A DNA stretch of 64,000 nucleotides from an uncultured Gemmatimonadales bacterium (lineage in GTDB: Bacteria > Gemmatimonadota > Gemmatimonadetes > Longimicrobiales > Gaopeijiaceae), in NCBI GenBank assembly GCA_963823035.1, contig CAWGKG010000010.1, forward strand, positions 288,001 through 352,000. Reading direction: 5' to 3'. Made by a program: the position numbers and the translations under genes. Below the pieces are notes generated by a model. The model made no database searches, was not told where the DNA came from, and saw only the letters and a program-made list of their open reading frames with translations. This document shows positions 10,404 through 21,318 of this stretch, one piece after another (positions within the stretch are counted from its first letter, which is position 1; each line of letters starts with the position of its first letter).

Positions 10404-10731
10404 ATGACCGACTCCCTCCGCCTCCTGCGCGGCACGCTCAACGTGCTCATCCTGCGCACCTCGAGGCCGGTCCCGCCACGGATACGACATCGTGTCGGCG
10501 ATCGCGCACCTGAGCGACGGCGCGCTGCGCGTCGAGGACGGCGCGCTCTACCAGTCCCTCCACCGCATGCGGGAGCGTGGCTGGGTGCGTTCGGAATGGG
10601 GGCACGGCGACAGCGGAAAACGCGCGCGCTTCTACGAGCTGACGGAGAGAGGGAGGAAGGAGCTGGAGCGGGAGACGCGCCAATGGCTCGACTACTCCGA
10701 GGCCGTGCTCAAGGTGCTGCGACCGTCGTGA
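10404..10731 (+). CDS. PadR family regulator, acidobacterial type (frameshift near 10465)
   Basis: LLRGTLNVLILRT in one frame; VEDGALYQSLHRM...SEWG...KRARFYELT in another. Confidence 0.85.
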
Positions 10732-10733
10732 TC

Positions 10734-13330
10734 ATGAAGCGGGACGGGGAAGGACGGCGTCCGGGGAGAGACGATCCGGAGGTAGAGCGCATCGCCTCGG
10801 AGGTGGAGGAGGAGATCCGTCTCCACCTCGAAGCGCGCATCGAGGAGCTGGTGGGGGAGGGGCTGGACCCGGAACGGGCCCGCGTGGTGGCCATGGAACG
10901 CTTCGGCGACGTCGAGCGGACGCGCGCGGTGTGCGTGGAGGCCGACAGGAGGTGGATGATGCGGACACGAAGGCGCTCGAGGATCGACGGGGTCGCGGTG
11001 GACCTGCGCATGGCCGGGAGGGCGCTGGCGGCACGGCCCTGGTTCACGGTCTCGGCCGTCGCGACGCTCGTTCTGGGCATCGGAGCGAGCACGGCGATCG
11101 TCAGCGCGGCCGACCACATCCTCTTCCGGCCGCTTCCGTACGTGGACGCCGACCGGGTGGTCACGCTCTGGCGCTCGGACCCGAGGACGGGTGAGAAGAC
11201 GCATCCCGCCGGCCACGGGCGACTTCCTTCAGTGGGAGCGCAGCGCGCGCTCCTTCTCGGCGGTGGGGCTCGCGGAGCCGACGGGCGTGGGCCTGAGCGG
11301 GGAAGGCGAGACCGAGTCGGTTTCGGCGTGGGCCGTGACGGCGGCATTCTTCCGCGCGCTCGGGGTCGCTCCGCGGCTGGGGCGCGACTTCCAGCCGGGG
11401 GATGCCGAGCGCGGGGAGGGCCGCGTGGCGATCGTGAGCGACGGCTTCTGGAAGCACCGCCTCGCGGGGGACCCGGCCGCCGTGGGATCGACGATCGAAG
11501 TGGACGGCGACGCAGCGACGGTGATCGGGGTGCTGCCGGCGGTGGATCTCTGGCCCTCCACGAAGGACATCTGGATACCGAAGGTGCTCTACCCGAACGA
11601 GGAAAACACCTTCGGGCGTGGCTACATGTTCGTGGCGGCGCGGCTCGCGCCCGGCGTGGGGCTCTCAGCGGCGCGGTCGGAGATGGCTTCGCTCGACGCC
11701 GCGATCGGGGAGGAGTTCCGCGACAGCTCGCTGCTGGACGTCGAAGTCGTCGGGCTGCGTGAGCAGGTGCTCGCGGCGGTGCGACCCGCGATCCTCGTGC
11801 TGCTGGGCGCGGTGGGCCTCCTCCTCCTGGTGGCGTGCGCGAACGTGGCCGGGCTCCTGCTCGCGCGCGGCGCGCAACGTGGCGGAGAGCTGTCGGTTAG
11901 TGCGGCACTGGGGGCGGAGCGAAGCCGTCTCTTCGGCCATCTCCTCGCGGAGAGCGCGGCGATCGCGCTGCTGGGCGGCGTGGGCGGCGTCGCGTTGGCG
12001 TGGGCCGGACTGGGCGCCCTCACCCGGATGCTCCCGCCCGACCTCCCGCGCGCGTCCTCGATCGCGATGGACCTCAGGATCCTCGCGTTCGCGCTCCTGA
12101 CGACGGTCGGGACGGCGCTCTGTGGGGCTGCTTCCCTCGCTCCGCTTCTCGCGCGCGGAGGCGATGGATGCGCTGCGCGGCGCGCGGGCGGCGACCGGAG
12201 GGCGGGGACGCGCGGGACTGCGGCGCGGCTTGGTCCTGCTCGAGGTGGCCGTGGCAACGGTGCTTCTCGTAGGGAGGCGGACTGCTGTCGCGCAGCTTCG
12301 TCCGCCTGGTGGGGACCGACCTCGGATTCGATCCGGAGGGCGTGGCTTCGGTGCAGGTCTTTCTCTGGGACGGAACCCGAGCGCGGGAGAGCGGCTGACC
12401 CGCGCCGACGCGATGCTCGAGCGGATACGCGCCGCGCGCGGGGTGCGCGCGGCAGGGATGGTCTCGTCGCTCCCCTTCCACCCCTCGCGCATCGACGCGG
12501 TCGGGACCGTGGTGGCGGAGGGCCGGGAGGCCGAGACGCCGCCGCAGATGTACACGACCATCGCGGACTCGGGGTACTTTGCGGCTGCCGGCGTGCCCGT
12601 CGTCGCCGGTCGCGGCTTCACGTCCGCGGACGGAGAGGGCGGCGAGCCGGTTGCGCTGCTCAACGAATCGGCGGCGCGACAGCTCTTCCCGGGGGTGGAT
12701 CCGGTGGGCCGCTTCGTGACGTTCGGCGTCATGGAGCGGCCGTCGCGGCGACAGGTGGTCGGCGTGGTGGGTGACGTGCGGCCGGAGGCGTTCGACAGCC
12801 GGCCGCAGCCCGAGCTCTTCGTGCCTTTTGCGCAGTCGCCCAACGGGAGCGTGACGTTCGTGGCGCGCGGTCCGAACGCCGCAGGCGTCGTGGCGAGCTG
12901 CGCGCGGCCGTCTGGGGCGTCGATGCGGGCCAGTCGATCTACCACGCAGCAACGATGGCATCGATGCTGCGTGCGACGCTCGCGGAGCGGCGGTTCGCCT
13001 CGTGCTGGTGGGGGCTTTCGCGACGCTCTCCCTCGTGCTGGCGCGTGGGCCTGTTCGGTCTGATCAGCTTCACGGTCACGCAGCGCACCCGGGAGCTGGG
13101 GATCCGTGTGGCGCTGGGCGCGCGCAGCGGCCAGATCGCCGGGCTGGTGCTGCGGGACGGCGTCTTGCTCGGGGCCGGCGGCGTGGGGCTCGGGCTCGTG
13201 GGCGCGTGGTGACGAGCCGCGCTCTGGCCGGGATGCTCTATGGTGTGAGCCGGACGGATCCGTTCACGTACGGGGTGCTGGCGGTGCTATGCTCGCCGTG
13301 GTGGGGGGCTCCTGGCTGCGGCGCCGAGCT
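10734..13330 (+). CDS. Duplicated MacB/FtsX-type ABC permease (ADOP family); multiple frameshifts, C-terminus garbled
   Basis: EEEIRLHLE...ERFGDV prefix, TLVLGIGASTAI, ACANVAGLLLAR, VGVVGDVR, QRTRELGIRVALGA spread across several frames. Confidence 0.8.
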
Positions 13331-13339
13331 CGCGGCGGA

Positions 13340-14102
13340 GTTGGAGGCGTGTTCGAAGGAGCCCGGGGCCGAGCCCATCGTGGCGGTCCACGGTCTGATC
13401 CACGCCTGTCAGCCGCTCCGTCGCGAGGCGCGTGCCGGGGCGCGGCCCATCCTCGTGCCCGACCTGCCCGGGTACGGGCGGAACGACCCGGGGTCGGAGA
13501 CGTCCATCGACCGCTCGGTCGTCTTCCTCGAAGCGTGGATGCGCGACGCGGGGATCGAAGCCACGCACCTGGTCGGCCATTCGATGGGCGGCGCGATCGC
13601 GATGGCGTTCGCCGATCGCTTCCGCGAGCGCGTCCGATCGATCCTCGACATCGAGGGCAACTTCACGCTCGTGGACGCTTTCTGGTCGAAGGGCATCGCG
13701 GCGGGCACCGAGGCGGACGCCGCGGCCATGCTGGACGGCTTCCGGACGGACGTGCGCGGCTGGCTCGAGGGCCAGGAGATCGTGGCGACGCCCGAGGCGT
13801 TGAAGCGCGCCGCGGTGGCGCTCGACGCGCAGTCGGCGCGGTCGCTCCGCTCGATGGCCCGGTCGGTGGTCGAGGTCACCGGCGAACCGGCCTATCTCGA
13901 GATGGTGAAGCGCGTGATCGACCGGGGTGCGCCGGTGCACCTCGTCGCGGGGGCCCGCAGCCTCGCGGGGTGGGACGTGCCGGCCTTCGTGCGCGAGCGC
14001 GCGGCCTCGTTTACGGTGCTGCCCGACGTGGGCCACATGATGATGATGGAGGACCCGACCGGGCTGGTGGCGGCGATGGAGGAGGCGATCGGCGGGGTGT
14101 GA
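13340..14102 (+). CDS. Alpha/beta fold hydrolase (start uncertain)
   Basis: VAVHGL, PDLPGYG, nucleophile elbow GHSMGG, VGHMMMME. Confidence 0.8.
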
Positions 14103-14177
14103 CGTGGGCCGCTTGCCCGCGGTACACGGTCGGCGGAGCTTTGGTTCTCGCCCCAACCCGACACCGGAGCCGTCCGT

Positions 14178-14672
14178 TTGAGTGAGCCGATCCGCCTCTT
14201 CGTCACCGGGGGCACCTTCGACAAGGAATACGACGAGATCCGCGGCAGCCTCTTCTTCGCGGATACGCACCTCCCCGAGATGCTCGAGCTCGGGCGCTGC
14301 AAGGTGGACGTGAAGGTGCGCACGCTCATGATGGTCGACTCGCTCGAGATGACCGAAGCGGACCGCGACCTCATCGCGCACAACTGCAACGAGGTGGCGG
14401 AGCGCTGCATCGTCATCACGCACGGCACCGACACGATGGTCGACACGGCCCGTGTGCTGGCCGCGAAGGTGGAGGGGAAGACGATCGTGTTGACCGGCGC
14501 GATGATCCCGATCGCCTTCGGCAGCTCCGACGGGCTCTTCAACCTCGGCGGCGCCATCACGGCCGTGCAGGCGCTCTCGCCGGGCGTCTGGGTGACGATG
14601 AACGGCCGCATCTTCCCTTGGAACGACGTGCGCAAGAACTGGAGCGCCGGCGTTTTCGAGTCGCTGGACTAG
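14178..14672 (+). CDS. Short single-domain L-asparaginase
   Basis: TGGTFDK and HGTDTM catalytic Thr motifs, VLTGAMIP, SDGLFN; 164 aa. Confidence 0.88.
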   Translation: MSEPIRLFVTGGTFDKEYDEIRGSLFFADTHLPEMLELGRCKVDVKVRTLMMVDSLEMTEADRDLIAHNCNEVAERCIVITHGTDTMVDTARVLAAKVEGKTIVLTGAMIPIAFGSSDGLFNLGGAITAVQALSPGVWVTMNGRIFPWNDVRKNWSAGVFESLD

Positions 14673-14810
14673 TGACAGGACACTGGGAAGCCTGCCCGGG
14701 CGCCCTTGAACCCGCCCGGTCGCGGCGCCATTCTCCACGTACCATCCCGGGGTCCTCCTCCGATCCGTCCTGCCCCGCCTCGGGCACTTTCGCCACAAGG
14801 ACGGACGCTC

Positions 14811-15852
14811 ACGCACGACAAGAAGGCCGACCTGGCCGGCCCGGGGATCGGCGACTACGCCGACCTCGAAAAGGTGCTCCCCACCGACTATCGCTCGCTC
14901 CTCGACCCCGCGCGAGACGCAGGACGCGCTCTACGCGGCCAAGGATTTCATCGAGGACGGGGCTGTGCCGCGAGCTGGGACTGATGCGGGTGCAGGTGCC
15001 GCTCATCGTCGACGCCGAGAGCGGCGTGAACGACTTCCTCGACCGCGACGGCTCGCGCACGCCGGTGCAGTTCCACATCTCCAACGACCACGGCAAGAAC
15101 CCCATCGACGCCCAGGTCGTGCAGGCCGCCACCAAGTGGAAGCGGATGGCGCTGCAAGCAGTTCGGGATGAAGCCCGGGCGAGGGCGTCCTCACCGACAT
15201 GCGCGCCGTGCGGAAGGACTACTTCCTCGATCACGACCACAGCGCCTACGTGGACCAGTGGGACTGGGAGCGGGTCGATCACCGCGGCGGACCGGAACCT
15301 GGACTTCCTCACCGACGTGGTGAAGCGCATCTGGAAGGTGCTCAAGGGCGCGGAGGTGCAGGTGCTCGAGCCGCTTCCCCAAGCTGCGCACCGACCGCTA
15401 TCCGGACCTCCCCGAGGAGCTCACCTTCCTGCACGCCGAGGAGATCCTGGAGCGCTATCCCGGACCTGCCGCGCAAGGCAGCGCGAGACGATGATCCTGC
15501 AGGAGTACCCGGCGATCTTCATCTACGGGATCGGCTGGCCGCTCGCCGACGGCTACCCGCACGAGATGCGGGCGGCCGACTACGACGACTGGGTCACGGA
15601 GACGACGTCGCGGAGGGGCGGCCGATGCACGGGCTGAACGGCGACATCCTCGTCTGGAACCACGTCACCGGGCGATCGTGCACGAGCTGCGCTCGATGGG
15701 GATCCGCGTGAGCGTCGGCGGTGGCATCGGCCAGTCGCGCACGTACATGGCGCTCCTCAAGAAGGCACACCTGGGTGAGGTGTCGGTCACCGTGTGGCCG
15801 AAGATCCTGAAGGACATGTGCGCGGCGCGGAACATCCACGTGCTCGAGTGGC
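14811..15852 (+). pseudogene. asnA: Aspartate--ammonia ligase (asparagine synthetase A), broken by frameshifts and an internal deletion (possibly assembly error)
   Basis: [62 protein letters not shown] at the expected start, stop missing after HVLE. Confidence 0.85.
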
Positions 15853-15940
15853 ACCCGGGCCGCCTCGGTCGCTTGACTTCCCTCGAGCGCCCCCCGTCTT
15901 GTCAGCGCACCCGTCCCAGGAACGTCCTCTGGAGGATCCC

Positions 15941-17623
15941 GTGCGCCGCTTCGCCCCGCTCGCCTTCGCCGCCCTCACCCTCACGGCCTGCGCCGCCGAG
16001 CCCGACGTGGACGTCGTCCTGCGCGGGGGGACGATCTACGACGGCTCTGGCGGGCCGCCCGTGGTGGGCGACGTAGCCATCCTGGGTGACTCGATCGTCG
16101 CGGTGGGCGACGTGGGCGGGCTGAAGGGCGCCGCCGAGCTGGATGTGACGGGCCTCGCGGTAGCGCCCGGCTTCGTGAACATGCTGTCCTGGGCGACGGA
16201 ATCCCTCCTCGAGGACGGAACCGCGCAGAGCGACATCCGCCAGGGCGTGACGCTCGAGGTGTTCGGGGAAGGGGATTCGATGGGGCCCCTCACCGACACC
16301 ATGCGCGCCGACATGATCCGCTTCGAGGGCGACATCCGGTACGACGTCCCCTGGACGACCCTGGGCGAGTACCTGGAGCACCTCGAGCGGAAGGGCGTCG
16401 CGGTGAACGTCGCGTCGTTCGTGGGCGCCACGACCGTTCGCATCCACGAGCTCGGCTACGCGGACCGGCCGCCGACGCCCGAGGAGCTCGCGCGCATGGA
16501 GGACCTCGTGCGCGAGGCCATGCGCGAGGGCGCACTGGGCGTGGGCTCGTCGCTGATCTACGCGCCCGCGTTCTACGCCGATACGCCCGAGCTGATCGCG
16601 CTCATGAAGGCCGCGGCGGAGTACGACGGGATGTACATCAGCCACATGCGCTCGGAGGGGAACCAGCTCCTGGAGTCGGTGGATGAGCTGATCCGCATCG
16701 CCCGTGAGTCCGGGGCACGCGCCGAGATCTACCACCTGAAGGCGGCCGGCGTGGACAACTACGCCAAGATGGACGAGGTCATCCGGAAGGTGGAGGCCGC
16801 GCGCGCGGACGGGCTGCGCATCACCGCGGACATGTACACCTACACCGCGGGCGCCACCGGCCTGGACGCCGCCATGCCGCCGTGGGTGCAGGAAGGCGGC
16901 TACGACGCGTGGGCGGAGCGGCTGAAGGACCCGGCCATCCGCGCGCGCGTCCTGCGCGAGATGCGCACGCCCACGAACGACTGGGAGAACCTCCTGCTCT
17001 CCGCGGGATCGCCGGATCGGGTGCTCCTGGTGGGCTTCCGCGCCGACTCGCTCAAGGTCCTCACGGGCAAGACGTTGGCCGAGGTGGCGGCCATGTACGG
17101 CACCACGCCCGAGGAGGCCGCGATGGACCTGGTGGTGAAGGACGGGAGCCGCGTCGGTACCGTCTACTTCATGATGAGCGAGGACAACGTGAGGAAGCAG
17201 ATCGCGCTGCCCTGGGTGAGCTTCGGATCGGACGCGGGCGCGCCCGCGACCCGCGAGCCGTTCACGCTGTCCAACCCGCACCCTCGCGCGTACGGCAACT
17301 TCGCGCGCGTGCTCGGCAGGTACACACGGGACGAGCAGGCACTCACGCTCCCCGCGGCCATCCGCAAGCTCGCGGCGCTCCCCGCGCAGAACCTCAAGCT
17401 GCGACGGCGCGGTCTGCTGAAGGCCGGCTACCACGCGGACGTGGTGGTCTTCGACGCGCTCACGATCGCCGACCACGCCACCTTCGAGGAGCCGCACCAG
17501 TACGCGACAGGTATGGTGCACGTCTTCGTGAACGGGACCCGGGTCCTCGCGGACGGCGAGCCCACGGGCGAAACCCCCGGCCGCGTCGTGCGCGGCCCGG
17601 GGTGGACGGGGTGGGGGGGGTAG
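15941..17623 (+). CDS. N-acyl-D-amino-acid deacylase family amidohydrolase, lipoprotein
   Basis: GGAGG RBS + GTG; lipobox [49 protein letters not shown]. Confidence 0.88.
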   Translation: MRRFAPLAFAALTLTACAAEPDVDVVLRGGTIYDGSGGPPVVGDVAILGDSIVAVGDVGGLKGAAELDVTGLAVAPGFVNMLSWATESLLEDGTAQSDIRQGVTLEVFGEGDSMGPLTDTMRADMIRFEGDIRYDVPWTTLGEYLEHLERKGVAVNVASFVGATTVRIHELGYADRPPTPEELARMEDLVREAMREGALGVGSSLIYAPAFYADTPELIALMKAAAEYDGMYISHMRSEGNQLLESVDELIRIARESGARAEIYHLKAAGVDNYAKMDEVIRKVEAARADGLRITADMYTYTAGATGLDAAMPPWVQEGGYDAWAERLKDPAIRARVLREMRTPTNDWENLLLSAGSPDRVLLVGFRADSLKVLTGKTLAEVAAMYGTTPEEAAMDLVVKDGSRVGTVYFMMSEDNVRKQIALPWVSFGSDAGAPATREPFTLSNPHPRAYGNFARVLGRYTRDEQALTLPAAIRKLAALPAQNLKLRRRGLLKAGYHADVVVFDALTIADHATFEEPHQYATGMVHVFVNGTRVLADGEPTGETPGRVVRGPGWTGWGG

Positions 17624-17672
17624 CCTCCTCGCTCCGCGGAACGACGCCTCGACTCCAGAGGAATCAACGCAC

Positions 17673-18110
17673 ATGGCACCGCCTGCCGACGATTCGTCTC
17701 CGCGCATCCGACGCGTGGTCGAGACCGGGCTCTACGTCTCGGACCCGGAGCGCTCCTCCGCGTTCTACGTGGACGCCCTCGGGCTGCGCGTGATCGCCGC
17801 GGGCGACCGTCTCACGGCGCTCGACGCGGGGGAGGGCTCGGTGCTCCTCCTCTTCAAGCGGGGGGCCACGGACGTCTGGGCCGACCTCCCCGAAGGGCGC
17901 ATCCCGCCGCACGGCGCCGAGGGCCCGTCGCACTTCGCCTTCGCGATCGGGGCCGACGACCTCGAGGCATGGCGGACACGGCTGGCGGCCCGCGGCGTGG
18001 AGATCGAGAGCGAGGTGGCCTGGCCACGGGGTGGCCGGAGCCTCTACTTCCGCGACCCGGACGGGCACTCGGTGGAGCTCGCCACACCGGGGGTGTGGGA
18101 GACCTACTGA
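17673..18110 (+). CDS. VOC/glyoxalase family protein
   Basis: ETGLYV..FY..LGL, HFAF, SLYFRDPDGHSVEL. Confidence 0.88.
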   Translation: MAPPADDSSPRIRRVVETGLYVSDPERSSAFYVDALGLRVIAAGDRLTALDAGEGSVLLLFKRGATDVWADLPEGRIPPHGAEGPSHFAFAIGADDLEAWRTRLAARGVEIESEVAWPRGGRSLYFRDPDGHSVELATPGVWETY

Positions 18111-18243
18111 GCCGGCTTCCAACCTTTCCGGCTTAGGACGGCATCCAAGAAGCACGATATTCTGGCGCAGAGCGCTCCGTACCGCGTTATATAGCCAGCT
18201 TAGGTTACGTGAACGACGACGGCGGGAGCACCACGGAGGGACG

Positions 18244-18591
18244 ATGGGCGGCATCGACGCGGACACCCTCTACGGCACGCTGAACCTCCTCGTGCTCCGC
18301 GCCCTGCGCGACGGCGCGCTCCACGGACTGGCGGTGAGCCGACGCATCGAGGCCGCGACGCGCGGCGCGGTGCGCATCGAGGAGGGCGCGCTCTACCCGG
18401 CCCTCCATCGCCTGGAGCGTGATGGGCTCGTGGAGGGGGAATGGGGCCGAACCGACGAGAACCGGCGCGCGAAGTTCTATCGCCTGACGCGGAAGGGGAG
18501 GCGTCAGCTCGAACGGGATGCGGCGCGCTGGGCCCGCCACACGGAGGCGGTCGCGGCGCTGCTCGGCCTGTCGCCCGGGTGGACCGAGTGA
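18244..18591 (+). CDS. PadR family regulator, acidobacterial type
   Basis: GGAGGG RBS; GTLNLLVLRAL..LHG..IEEGALYPALHRLE..EWG..ENRRAKFYRLT. Confidence 0.92.
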   Translation: MGGIDADTLYGTLNLLVLRALRDGALHGLAVSRRIEAATRGAVRIEEGALYPALHRLERDGLVEGEWGRTDENRRAKFYRLTRKGRRQLERDAARWARHTEAVAALLGLSPGWTE

Positions 18592-18636
18592 CGGCCGCGC
18601 CTGCACCCGCGCCGGGGCCCGGAGCCGAGTGAGGTC

Positions 18637-21294
18637 GTGGAGTGGCGTGAGGTGTGGCGGCGGCTCTTCCCGCGGAGGATGATCGAGGGGGACGTGCGCG
18701 AGGAGATCTCCTTCCACATCGAGGAGCGGGTGCGGGAGCTGGTGGCCGAGGGGTGGGACGAGGAGCGTGCCAGGGCGCACGTGCTCGAGCGGTTCGGGGA
18801 CGTGGCTTCGGTGGAAGCGGCGTGTCGCGACTACGATGCGCAACGGGTGGACGGGGAGACGTGGAGGACGGCGATGGACGGGTGGATTCGTGACGTGCGG
18901 TGGACGCTCAGGGGCATGCGCCGGAACCCGGGGTTCACGGCGGTGGTGGTGCTCACGCTCGCGCTCGGCATCGGCGCGACGACGGCGGTGTTCAGCGTCG
19001 TGGAGGGCTTCCTGCTGAGGCCCCTCCCGTTCCGCGACCCCGGTCGGCTGGTCGTGATCTGGGAGAACGACCGCGCCACCGGCACGACGCGCGAGAACGC
19101 GTCGCCGCTCGACTACTACGACTTCGTCGACCGCGCGCGCGGCTTCGACGGATTCGGCATGTACGCGCTGACCACGACGGTGCTCACGCGACCGGGGAGC
19201 GACCCCGTGCGCCTCAACACCGCGCGGGTGACGCGCGGGCTCCCGGAGCTGCTGGGCGTGGACATGCAGCTCGGGCGCGGCTTCACCGCCGACGAGGACC
19301 GCCCCGACGGCCCCCGTGCGATCGTCCTGACCGACGCGCGCCTGGCGCGCCCACTTCCAGGCGGACCCGGAGGTCCTGGGTCGCGTCGTCGACGTGGACG
19401 GCGAGCCCGTTCCGGTGGTGGGGGTGCTCCCGCCCGCCGTCGACTACCCGGCCGGCGAGACGGACGTGTGGGTGCCGCTCCAGATGGCACGCGGCGTGGC
19501 GACGCGCGAGAACCACTGGGTGAGCGTGGTCGCACGGATGTCTCCGGGGACCACCGTGTCGTCGGCCCAGGCCGAGATGACCCGCCTGATGGCGCAGCTC
19601 GAGGTCGAGTTCGCCGCCGCGAACACGAACCGGGGTGCCTTCGTGGAACGCCTCGCGGACGTGGGCCGTGGCGACCTGCGCCTCACGCTCTGGGTGCTCT
19701 TCGGCGCCGTGCTCACGGTGCTCGCCATCGCCTGCGTGAACGTGGCGAACCTCCTTCTCGCACGGGGCGCGAGCCGCGCGCGGGAGATGGCCGTCCACGC
19801 CGCGCTGGGGGCGGGGCGGGCCAGCTTCGGCGCCGCTTCTTCGTGGAGGGGGCGCTCCTGACGCTCCTCGCCACGCTCGGCGGCGTGGGCCTCGCCGTCC
19901 TGGGCGTCCGTCTGACTCGGCTCGGCGGCACCGTCCCGTCTGATGCGCCTCGGCGCGCCCGAAGTGAACGGCACGGTGCTCGCCTTCACGCTCGGCGTGG
20001 GGGTGCTGGTGGGGATGGGGTTCGCGCTCCTCCCCACGCTGCAGGCGCGGCGCACGGACCTGCGGCGGGAGCTCACGGACGGGCGGACCTCCGAGGGGCG
20101 TGCGCCCCGCATGGCCGCCCGCAGGCTCCTGGTGGCGGGACAGCTGTCGTTGGCCGTGGTGCTCCTGACCGGCGCGACGCTCCTCCTGAGCACGCTGCGC
20201 AACCTCCAGGCGGTGGACCCGGGCTTCGAGACCACGAACGTGCTGCGCGTGGACTATTCCCTTCCGGTGTCGCGCTATCCGCGCGACTTCTCGAACTGGC
20301 CCAACTGGACGGAGGTCAACGGATTCAACCGCTCGCTCATCGAGCGCGTGACCGCGCTGGCAGGGGTGCGCTCCGCGGCCGTCGTCACGAACCACCCGCT
20401 CGACCCGGGCTTCACCAACTCCTTCGAGATCGAAGGGCGGCCGCGCGACGCGGAGCAGGGCGAGATCACCACGCGCCTCGTCACACCGGGCTACTTCGAG
20501 ACCGTCGGCCTCCGCCTGCTGGAGGGGCGGCTTCCGTCACCGTCGGACGGGACGTCGGATCCGCCCGTGATCGTCATCAACCGGACCGCGGCCGACCGCT
20601 ACTTCCCGGACGGAGGCGCGATCGGCAGCCGGATCGGGTTCTGGGGCCAGTACCGCGAGGTCATCGGGATCGTCGCGGACGAGCGCATGCACGGCCTCGC
20701 GGAGGAGGTCCCGCCCGCGCTGTACGTGAACCTCCTGCAGACGCCTCCGGTCGCCACGAAGATCACCCTGATGGTGCGCACCGAGGTGCCGCCTCTCGAC
20801 ATGGCCGACGCGGTGCGCCGGACGATCTGGTCGCTCGACCGCGACCTGGCGGTGTTCAACGTCGCCACGATGGACGGCACGCTCGCGGACGCGAGCGCGC
20901 GCGAGCGCTTCGCCTCCCTGGTCCTGGTCGTCTTCGCGGGCGTAGCGATCTTCCTCGCGGTATTCGGCGTGCACGGCGTGCTCGCCTACCTCGTCGCGCA
21001 GAGGGGCCACGAGGTGGGCGTGCGCATGGCGCTCGGCGCCACGCGGCGGCAGGTGGTCGGCGTGGTGGTCCGCAGGGCGCGTCGATGGCTGCGCTCGGCA
21101 TCGGGATCGGGGTGCTCGCCGCTCTGGGGGTGTCGGGGGTGCTGCGCGGCCTGCTGTTCGGCGTCAGCGCGACGGCGCCATGGGTCTACGCGGCGGTGGC
21201 GGTGGGGCTCGGTCTGGCCGCGCTGGCGGGGACGGCCCTGCCGGCGCTGCGGGCCGCGTCCATCGATCCGGTGGCGTCGCTCAGGGGGGAATGA
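18637..21294 (+). CDS. Duplicated MacB/FtsX-type ABC permease (ADOP family) with compensating frameshifts
   Basis: [85 protein letters not shown] in successive frames. Confidence 0.88.
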   Translation: MEWREVWRRLFPRRMIEGDVREEISFHIEERVRELVAEGWDEERARAHVLERFGDVASVEAACRDYDAQRVDGETWRTAMDGWIRDVRWTLRGMRRNPGFTAVVVLTLALGIGATTAVFSVVEGFLLRPLPFRDPGRLVVIWENDRATGTTRENASPLDYYDFVDRARGFDGFGMYALTTTVLTRPGSDPVRLNTARVTRGLPELLGVDMQLGRGFTADEDRPDGPRAIVLTDARLARPLPGGPGGPGSRRRRGRRARSGGGGAPARRRLPGRRDGRVGAAPDGTRRGDAREPLGERGRTDVSGDHRVVGPGRDDPPDGAARGRVRRREHEPGCLRGTPRGRGPWRPAPHALGALRRRAHGARHRLRERGEPPSRTGREPRAGDGRPRRAGGGAGQLRRRFFVEGALLTLLATLGGVGLAVLGVRLTRLGGTVPSDAPRRARSERHGARLHARRGGAGGDGVRAPPHAAGAAHGPAAGAHGRADLRGACAPHGRPQAPGGGTAVVGRGAPDRRDAPPEHAAQPPGGGPGLRDHERAARGLFPSGVALSARLLELAQLDGGQRIQPLAHRARDRAGRGALRGRRHEPPARPGLHQLLRDRRAAARRGAGRDHHAPRHTGLLRDRRPPPAGGAASVTVGRDVGSARDRHQPDRGRPLLPGRRRDRQPDRVLGPVPRGHRDRRGRAHARPRGGGPARAVREPPADASGRHEDHPDGAHRGAASRHGRRGAPDDLVARPRPGGVQRRHDGRHARGRERARALRLPGPGRLRGRSDLPRGIRRARRARLPRRAEGPRGGRAHGARRHAAAGGRRGGPQGASMAALGIGIGVLAALGVSGVLRGLLFGVSATAPWVYAAVAVGLGLAALAGTALPALRAASIDPVASLRGE

Positions 21295-21318
21295 GGCGGT
21301 GGGGGGCCGCGCCTTCGC

